Assembly: GCA_021780435.1 (NCBI GenBank)
Contig: JAJXYV010000001.1
Coordinates: forward strand, 1,862-65,861
Direction: 5' to 3'
Length of the DNA: 64,000 bases
Source of the DNA: Pseudomonadota bacterium
Lineage (GTDB): Bacteria > Pseudomonadota > Alphaproteobacteria > Rhizobiales > Beijerinckiaceae
This document shows, in pieces, positions 58,343-64,000 of the stretch; the first letter of the stretch is position 1; each line of letters opens with the position of its first letter. Position numbers and translations under genes: made by a program. Under the pieces are notes generated by a model that saw only the letters and a program-made list of their open reading frames with translations, made no database searches and had not been told where the DNA came from.

Positions 58343-60160
58343 ATGTTTCGTCGAATGTCGAAAATTTGCGCGGTGGCTTTAGCCATCGGCTTCACAACGC
58401 CTCTTCTGCCCAGCGTCACACGTGAGGCCTTCGCCTTCGGCCACTTTGGCGGCGGGGGGCATTTCGGCGGCGGCGGCCACTTTGGCGGCGGCGGCCACTT
58501 TGGTGGCGGCGGCCATTTCGGGGGCTTCCGTGGCGGTTTTGGCGGCGGTCACTTTGGCGGTTTCCGCGGCGGCCACTTCGGGGGCGGCCATTTTGGCGGT
58601 TTCCGTGGCGGCCACTTTGGCGGCGGTCACTTTGGCCACTTTGGCGGCAGACGTTTCGGCGGCGGGCATTTCGCTCGCGGCGGCGCCGGGAGGCATTTCG
58701 CCCATGGCGCCGCTGGCAGACGATTCGCGCATGGGGCCGGGGGTAGCCGATTCGCTCACGGCGCCGCTGGCAGGAATTTCAGTCGCGCCGCCGCCGGCAG
58801 GAATTTCACGCGCGGCGTCGCGGGCAGGAATTTCGGTCGCGGCTTCGCGGGCCGGCAGTTTGGCGCCGGAACGCGGTTCGGCGGCGGGGCGGCCTTCGCA
58901 GGCAACCGCATGGGGCATTTCGCCGCGTTCCAGGGCATTCGCGGATTGGCTCCGCAGGGGTTCAACCGCAATGGCTTCGGCAACATGCAGGGATGGAACC
59001 AGTGGGGTTCCAATAACTGGGGTCTGGGCTGGAACAATTGGGGCTCCGGCTATGGCTATTGGGCCGGGCCGGTATTTTGGCCATTTTTCTATGGCGACGT
59101 CATGACCTACGCCATGTGGCCTTATGGCTATTATGATCCCTTCTTCCTTTATGGCTCGAACTTCCTCCTGTCCTCGATCTTCTGGCCAGGGCCTTATGTC
59201 TGCCCGGTCTATGGTTACTGTCCTGATTACGGCTATAACTATGCTTACGGTCCGTATGATGACGCTTATGGCTACGACGACTATTCAATGTTCGATGTCT
59301 ATGGCGCTCCATATGATGGGCAATACTATACGGCCTACTCCTATGGGCGCCATCGCCACCATCGCCGCCATCATGTCATACATCGTTATGTGAACCCCGC
59401 GCCCGCTCCCGCTCCGGTCAATGTGGCGGCGAGTTGCGGCGGCCTGGCGCCCGGCGTGACCCAATTGCCGATCGACCGAATCAGGACGACGATCGGCGCT
59501 ACCGACGAGCAGATGACGTTGCTGGATCAACTCCAGGCGGCTTCGAGCCAGGCGAATGCGATTTTGCTCGCCTCCTGCCCGGCTTCGGTTCCGCTGACGC
59601 CGGTCGGGCGGCTCGACGCCGTCTCCGGGCGGCTCCTTGCCATGATCCAGGCGATGGACGTCTTGCGCGGGCCGCTGACGCGTTTTTACAACTCGCTCGA
59701 TGACAACCAGAGGCTTCAACTCGCCGCGGTCGCCGGGCGCGGCCGGAAAGGCCGCGCGAATATCGCCGTGAATGAGGCGCCGGCGCGCGATCTTGCGGCG
59801 CTTTGCCAGAAACAGGCGCAAAGCTTCACCCTTTTGCCCGTGCAGCGCATCGACGACGTCGTGAAGCCGACGGGAGAACAACAAACCGCCTTCGATGGGT
59901 TGAAAACCGCCTCGACCGCCGCCGCGACGGGCCTCGGCGCATCCTGCCCATCGGATGTGCCGCAAACGATGGAAGGCCGCCTCGATGCGGTCTCCGCGCG
60001 ACTGCACGCGCTGGAAGACGCCGTGAACACGGTCAGGCCTGCCTTGAAGGCGTTTTACGATTCGCTGAGCGATGAGCAAAAAGCGCGTTTCAACGTGATC
60101 GGTGGCGCAAATATGGCGGCGACGCCGCAAAACCAGGGGGCAAACGGGGCAGGGCGCTAG
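58343..60160 (+). CDS. Exported Gly/His/Phe-repeat protein with C-terminal Spy/CpxP (LTXXQ)-like helical domains
   Basis: Signal peptide ending AFA; low-complexity repeats; two domains ending FYNSLDDNQR and FYDSLSDEQKARF; start moved to ATG 58343. Confidence 0.8.
   Translation: MFRRMSKICAVALAIGFTTPLLPSVTREAFAFGHFGGGGHFGGGGHFGGGGHFGGGGHFGGFRGGFGGGHFGGFRGGHFGGGHFGGFRGGHFGGGHFGHFGGRRFGGGHFARGGAGRHFAHGAAGRRFAHGAGGSRFAHGAAGRNFSRAAAGRNFTRGVAGRNFGRGFAGRQFGAGTRFGGGAAFAGNRMGHFAAFQGIRGLAPQGFNRNGFGNMQGWNQWGSNNWGLGWNNWGSGYGYWAGPVFWPFFYGDVMTYAMWPYGYYDPFFLYGSNFLLSSIFWPGPYVCPVYGYCPDYGYNYAYGPYDDAYGYDDYSMFDVYGAPYDGQYYTAYSYGRHRHHRRHHVIHRYVNPAPAPAPVNVAASCGGLAPGVTQLPIDRIRTTIGATDEQMTLLDQLQAASSQANAILLASCPASVPLTPVGRLDAVSGRLLAMIQAMDVLRGPLTRFYNSLDDNQRLQLAAVAGRGRKGRANIAVNEAPARDLAALCQKQAQSFTLLPVQRIDDVVKPTGEQQTAFDGLKTASTAAATGLGASCPSDVPQTMEGRLDAVSARLHALEDAVNTVRPALKAFYDSLSDEQKARFNVIGGANMAATPQNQGANGAGR
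58436..58672 (+). repeat. Coding tandem repeat, (G)nGHF units
   Basis: 12 GHF tripeptides; synonymous codon variation (cac/cat, ttt/ttc, ggc/ggt/ggg) shows the repeat is kept at protein level. Confidence 0.9.
58688..58876 (+). repeat. Coding 27-nt (9-aa) tandem repeat, G-[RS]-x-F-x-x-[GA]-x-x, 7 copies
   Basis: GRHFAHGAA GRRFAHGAG GSRFAHGAA GRNFSRAAA GRNFTRGVA GRNFGRGFA GRQFGAGTR. Confidence 0.85.
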
Positions 60161-60354
60161 ATAACTTTCGGAAACGGGGCGCCCGTTTCACGCCGGCGGG
60201 ACGATCGGGTTGCGATGAGCGGCTTCGTGTCCGGACGCGTGGCTGTGCGCCACAAAAACTTCGGCGGCATGTTGGAGCCCCCACATGCCGCCGACTTTTC
60301 GATTCCGTCTGACGCTTCTCTTCCGGCGATGCGGCCTTCCGAGGCCAGCCGAAT

Positions 60355-61050
60355 TTATTTCAGCGTGCTGACATAGGCCGCGACCTCGGCAACCTGCTGC
60401 TTGGTCAGATTGTGCGCGATCGGCTTCATCAACGAGGACACATCCGCGTCGCTTGGCTTCAGGCCGCGCTCGTTCTCGAAATTGCTCAGTTTCCGAATGA
60501 CATAATCGTTCAACTGGCCCGCGAGCCGAGGAATCTTGTCGTTGCCCTTGGCGTCGTCGCCATGGCACGTGGCGCAGGGCGGGACATTCTCGCTCGGGAC
60601 TCCGTTTTGGAAAATTTCCTTGCCGGCGGGGACGAGAGCCTGGGGCGCGCCGCCGAGCGGGGCCGGGTTGAGGTCATGGAAGCTCTGCGACAGGTACTGG
60701 ACCATTTCCGGGCTCAGGACGTGGGCGACATTGTTCATGACGGGATTTGTGCGACGCTTTTCGATAAAGGCCTGCAGCTGGTTCTTGATATATTCAGGCT
60801 GCTGTCCCGCGAGACGCGGCATCGGGAAGGCGCCCCGGAACCCTTGCCCCTGCACGCCGTGACAGGTTTTGCAATAGAAGAGCTTAGCCTCCTCCGCCTT
60901 CTTGGAGGGCTCGACCGTCTTCTGCGCCGCCGGTTCAGCCTGTTGCGAAACCGCGCCCTTTTTCTGGTCCTCCGCTCGCGCCGCGACGCTTGCGCCCAGA
61001 ATGGCGACAGCCGCCGCCAGAGCGAAATATTTGCCGCCAATGCTCTTCAT
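60355..61050 (-). CDS. Periplasmic diheme cytochrome c4 (copy A)
   Basis: Signal peptide; CKTCH and CATCH; PRLAGQ after each heme; distal Met in NPVM and SLM. Confidence 0.9.
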   Translation of the reverse strand: MKSIGGKYFALAAAVAILGASVAARAEDQKKGAVSQQAEPAAQKTVEPSKKAEEAKLFYCKTCHGVQGQGFRGAFPMPRLAGQQPEYIKNQLQAFIEKRRTNPVMNNVAHVLSPEMVQYLSQSFHDLNPAPLGGAPQALVPAGKEIFQNGVPSENVPPCATCHGDDAKGNDKIPRLAGQLNDYVIRKLSNFENERGLKPSDADVSSLMKPIAHNLTKQQVAEVAAYVSTLK

Positions 61051-61470
61051 GATTCCACACCTTCCCTTTTTCGCTAACCCTCGCGCCGCGGCGCGCCGAG
61101 CGCATTGCCGCTTCCGCGACTCCGCTAACTCTATCCTTCCGAGACCGGCAATGATCTAGAACAATTCATGCCTCGGCGGCTCTTTTATTTGCATATGTTT
61201 CCTGATCGCCGTGCGGGCCACCGTGATCGCAAAGCCATCCTCGCCCGAACTGCACCACTGATTCATAGTACAGTTCCAACATATAGAGAAATCATAATGT
61301 AAGAATATAAACCCGAAAAAAGTTCGGAATCGCCCGCGCGGCCGCTGGATTGCGCCCATTCCTGACCGTTGACGCGATCCATCAGCCCGCCTGAAGGATC
61401 TTCCCTTTTTCTTCGAACCGCGGGCCAACGCGTGCATTTCTGAGGATGTTCGCGCAATTTCCCAAGAGAA

Positions 61471-61521
61471 CTTATGGCCGCGCTGACCATAAGGCGACAT
61501 TTTTGCAACATGCTATATAAT
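61471..61521 (+). promoter_or_regulatory. Inverted repeat next to a TATAAT element, candidate activator-dependent promoter
   Basis: CTTATGG-N9-CCATAAG (61471-61493); TATAAT at 61516-61521 with no canonical -35. Confidence 0.35.
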
Positions 61522-61715
61522 TGTAGCGAGCGAATACGGTTGATTGAGCCAAGACAATTGCCACGGGGAACGGAAGGGATAAACATTCGGTCGAATTCCA
61601 GTCCGGCCCAGGTCGAATCAGGCTCGCGCAACAAGCAAGTAAAACTTGTCTAAAAGCACGAGACCGGGCAGTAGAAATCTTGGACGGGGAATGTAAAATT
61701 GAGGGGTCGATAGCC

Positions 61716-62354
61716 ATGATAGCTATTCATGGGCGAAACGCATTATATTCGATTGCGCTCGCGTCGGCGGTCGTGGCGGCTGGTTTTTCCGGCTCCGCGG
61801 TCGCGGGGGCGGGCGGCGGCGTCCAGGACAAGATTGAATATTGCCAGGTCTGCCATGGTGAGACGGGCCGGGGCTTTTATGGCTATTACGCCATCCCGCG
61901 CCTCGCGGGGCAGCAGCCCGGTTATATCGAGAACCAGTTGCGCGACTATGCGAGCGGCCTGCGTCACAACTCGGTCATGGGCGGCGTCGCGCGTGGCGTG
62001 AGCCCGGCGACGTATGGCGCGATTGCTGCGCATTTCCACGCCATGAACCCGGCCCCGCTCGGCGGCGGCGGCGGCAATGTCGCGCTTGGCCGCGAGATTT
62101 TCGCGAATGGCCTTCCCGAATCGAATGTTCCCGCCTGCTCGGCCTGCCATGGGCCGGACGCCCATGGCACGGGGCAGATCCCGCGGCTCGCTGGCCAGTT
62201 GCCGTCCTATCTCGTCAAGACCTTGAGCAACTGGTCGCCGGAGCGCGGCCATTCCTCCGCGGGCGGCCTGTCCGCGCTCATGGTCCCGACCACACATAAT
62301 CTGACCGCGGCGCAGATCGCCGCTGTCGCCGCCTATGTTGGCGGTCTGCGTTAA
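61716..62354 (+). CDS. Periplasmic diheme cytochrome c4 (copy B)
   Basis: Signal peptide; CQVCH and CSACH; IPRLAGQ twice; Met in NSVM and ALM; start moved to ATG 61716. Confidence 0.9.
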   Translation: MIAIHGRNALYSIALASAVVAAGFSGSAVAGAGGGVQDKIEYCQVCHGETGRGFYGYYAIPRLAGQQPGYIENQLRDYASGLRHNSVMGGVARGVSPATYGAIAAHFHAMNPAPLGGGGGNVALGREIFANGLPESNVPACSACHGPDAHGTGQIPRLAGQLPSYLVKTLSNWSPERGHSSAGGLSALMVPTTHNLTAAQIAAVAAYVGGLR

Positions 62355-62415
62355 TGCGTTTCGCTCCGATCGGCCGGCGGGCATGCCCCGCGCCCCACAG
62401 ATGAGAACAGAGGCC

Positions 62416-63075
62416 ATGAAACATATCGGCTTGACGGTCGCGTCACTGGTGATTTCCCTTTGGGCGACAGGTCCGCTCTGCGCCCAACCTGACGCGTCTT
62501 ACCCCCTCGCGCTTCTTCCCCTGCCTGCCGCGAATGGGCCGCCCGTGAAAAACTGCACTTATTGTCACGGGGTGTCCGCGCAGGGACTCGCCACGGCGCC
62601 GCGTCTCGCGGGGCAAAGGGCGGCCTATATCGAGAAGGAGCTCAGCGCCTTCCGTGGTCACGAGCGCGACAATCCGCTGTCCCAGCTCTACATGTGGAAC
62701 GTGGCCGCAAACCTGAAACCCGAGACGGGCCGGGAGTTGGCGGTCTATTTTTCGCAGCTGCCGCCGCGCGCTGCGGCTGACGGCAACCGGGGCCTGTTCG
62801 ACGAGGGCCGCGCTCTCTATCAGCAGGGCGTCCCCAACGCCAACATCGTGACCTGCGTCGTTTGCCATGGGCCGAACGCCGAAGGCGTCCGCGACATTCC
62901 GCGCCTGGGCGGCCTCTCCTACCTCTATCTGAAACGCCGGATGGAAGAATGGAACAAGGGCTACCATCCGACGGCGCGGCCGATGCCGCAGGTCGCGCGG
63001 GAATTGTCGCCGGCCGAGATCGATGCGCTCGCCTCCTATCTGAGTTTTCTCGACGAGGAAACGGCGAGCAAATAG
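62416..63075 (+). CDS. Periplasmic diheme cytochrome c4 (copy C)
   Basis: Signal peptide; CTYCH and CVVCH; APRLAGQ and IPRLGG; Met in LYMW and RPMP; GAGG RBS before ATG 62416. Confidence 0.88.
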   Translation: MKHIGLTVASLVISLWATGPLCAQPDASYPLALLPLPAANGPPVKNCTYCHGVSAQGLATAPRLAGQRAAYIEKELSAFRGHERDNPLSQLYMWNVAANLKPETGRELAVYFSQLPPRAAADGNRGLFDEGRALYQQGVPNANIVTCVVCHGPNAEGVRDIPRLGGLSYLYLKRRMEEWNKGYHPTARPMPQVARELSPAEIDALASYLSFLDEETASK

Positions 63076-63174
63076 CGCTTTCGCCGTGAGCGTTATCCAT
63101 TTGGGCAAGGGTCAAGAACAGTCCGCGTCGGCGCTGAACCAGGCCATTAGCGGGAATTGAGGAGGGCCAAAAGA

Positions 63175-64000
63175 ATGGCCGGGACGAACGAATTATTCAA
63201 TGCAATGCACGCCGGGAATAAAATGCCCCGGCCATCGCGCATCGGCGCCGCGGCGGTCGTGGGCTTGGCCGCGTTCATGGGCGCGGGCGAACAGGCTTCC
63301 GCCTTGCCGAGCTTCGCGCGCCAGACCGGCCAGACCTGCTCGACCTGTCACACCGCCTTCCCGCAGCTCACGCCCTATGGCCGCCGCTTCAAGCTCGGCG
63401 GCTATACCGCGGGCGGCGGCATCGACACGCAACTGCCGCCTGTTTCCTTCATGCTGCAGTCGCAGTTCACCAATATCGGCAGAAGCCTCAACGCGCCGCT
63501 CGGCTCCAGCTCGGCCTATGCGCCCCCGCAGGCTCCGGGACTGGGCGGCTACAACGACACCAACAATTGGACCGACTTTTCGTCGCAGGTCAGCATTTTC
63601 TACGGAGGCAAGATCTGGGGCAATCTCGGCGCCTTCATCCAGGCGACCTATGCCCAGGATTACGGCGAGGCGTTCAACTGGGACAACAGCGACGTTCGCT
63701 ATGCCGACACGCTGCATATCGGCGGCTTCGATGTGCTCTGGGGTCTGGACTTCAACAACAACCCGACGGTCCAGGATCCCTGGAACACAACGCCGGCCTG
63801 GGGCTTCCCCTTCATTTCGTCGCCCTTCGCGCCCGGTCCCGCAGCCGCGACCATGCTCGAAGGCGCGGATTGGGGTCCCGGTCAGGTGGTCAGCGCCGGC
63901 GCCTATGCCTTCATCAACGACATGCTCTATCTTGAATTCTCGGCATATGGCGCGACATCGAAATCGTTCCAATGGGCCATTACGGGCGGACCTCCCTCCA
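63175..64000 (+). CDS. cyc2: Cyc2-like outer-membrane monoheme cytochrome c-porin fusion (3'-truncated by the window)
   Basis: Hand-translated, open to the window end; RBS GAGGAGG 63159-63165; signal ending QASA; LPSFARQTGQTCSTCHTAFPQLTPYGRRFKLGGY; later QVSIFYGGKI, WDNSDVRYA, NNNPTVQDPWNTTPAW. Confidence 0.8.
   Translation, partial: MAGTNELFNAMHAGNKMPRPSRIGAAAVVGLAAFMGAGEQASALPSFARQTGQTCSTCHTAFPQLTPYGRRFKLGGYTAGGGIDTQLPPVSFMLQSQFTNIGRSLNAPLGSSSAYAPPQAPGLGGYNDTNNWTDFSSQVSIFYGGKIWGNLGAFIQATYAQDYGEAFNWDNSDVRYADTLHIGGFDVLWGLDFNNNPTVQDPWNTTPAWGFPFISSPFAPGPAAATMLEGADWGPGQVVSAGAYAFINDMLYLEFSAYGATSKSFQWAITGGPPS

Noticed and set aside
58436-58876. Tandem repeats as a possible CRISPR array or VNTR
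   Set aside because: No unique spacers, repeats are in frame with synonymous variation, and no cas genes are present
60171-60189. Hairpin gaaacggg-gcg-cccgtttc as a terminator
   Set aside because: 3-nt loop and no U-tract on either strand; too weak to call
61155-61171. Irr iron-control element TCTAGAA-caa-TTCATGC
   Set aside because: Right half matches only 3 of 7 positions of TTCTAAA
61369-61553. FNR/FixK boxes (TTGAC at about 61369, TTGAT at about 61540)
   Set aside because: Neither has ATCAA or a CAA half-site at the required spacing
63193-63972. 259-aa minus-strand ORF in the track
   Set aside because: Antisense to the Cyc2-like frame, which has an RBS, signal peptide and CxxCH
1-64000. 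Transposases, integrases, prophage genes, rRNA or tRNA
   Set aside because: No supporting motifs or terminal repeats seen; a short tRNA or sRNA could still have been missed by eye

Overview
A GC-rich, mostly core-chromosomal segment of an alphaproteobacterium of the Hyphomicrobiales/Rhizobiales. The assignment rests on gene content and order: mucR, a divJ-like kinase, DUF1491/DUF2336, a feuPQ-like two-component system, glnE, actP and shc. I count about 55 genes and see no mobile elements, CRISPR arrays, rRNA or tRNA. The main result is at the right edge. An ORF absent from the supplied track (63175 to beyond 64000) encodes a signal peptide, a single CxxCH in the motif LPSFARQTGQTCSTCH..PQLTPYGRRFKLGGY, and a porin-like body. 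This is a Cyc2-type cytochrome-porin. It lies behind three diheme cytochrome c4 genes, which together make a candidate extracellular electron-transfer or Fe(II)-oxidation conduit. Other leads are: a secreted protein with GHF and 9-residue repeats next to that locus; a structured leader with a uORF and two small ORFs ahead of a Mg2+-type NRAMP; an actP-linked CBS/nucleotidyltransferase plus exonuclease pair; a triple Pho box on a DUF47-pit-Nudix operon; perfect CtrA boxes; and an intergenic three-hairpin element. All family assignments come from motif recognition by eye, with no database searches.
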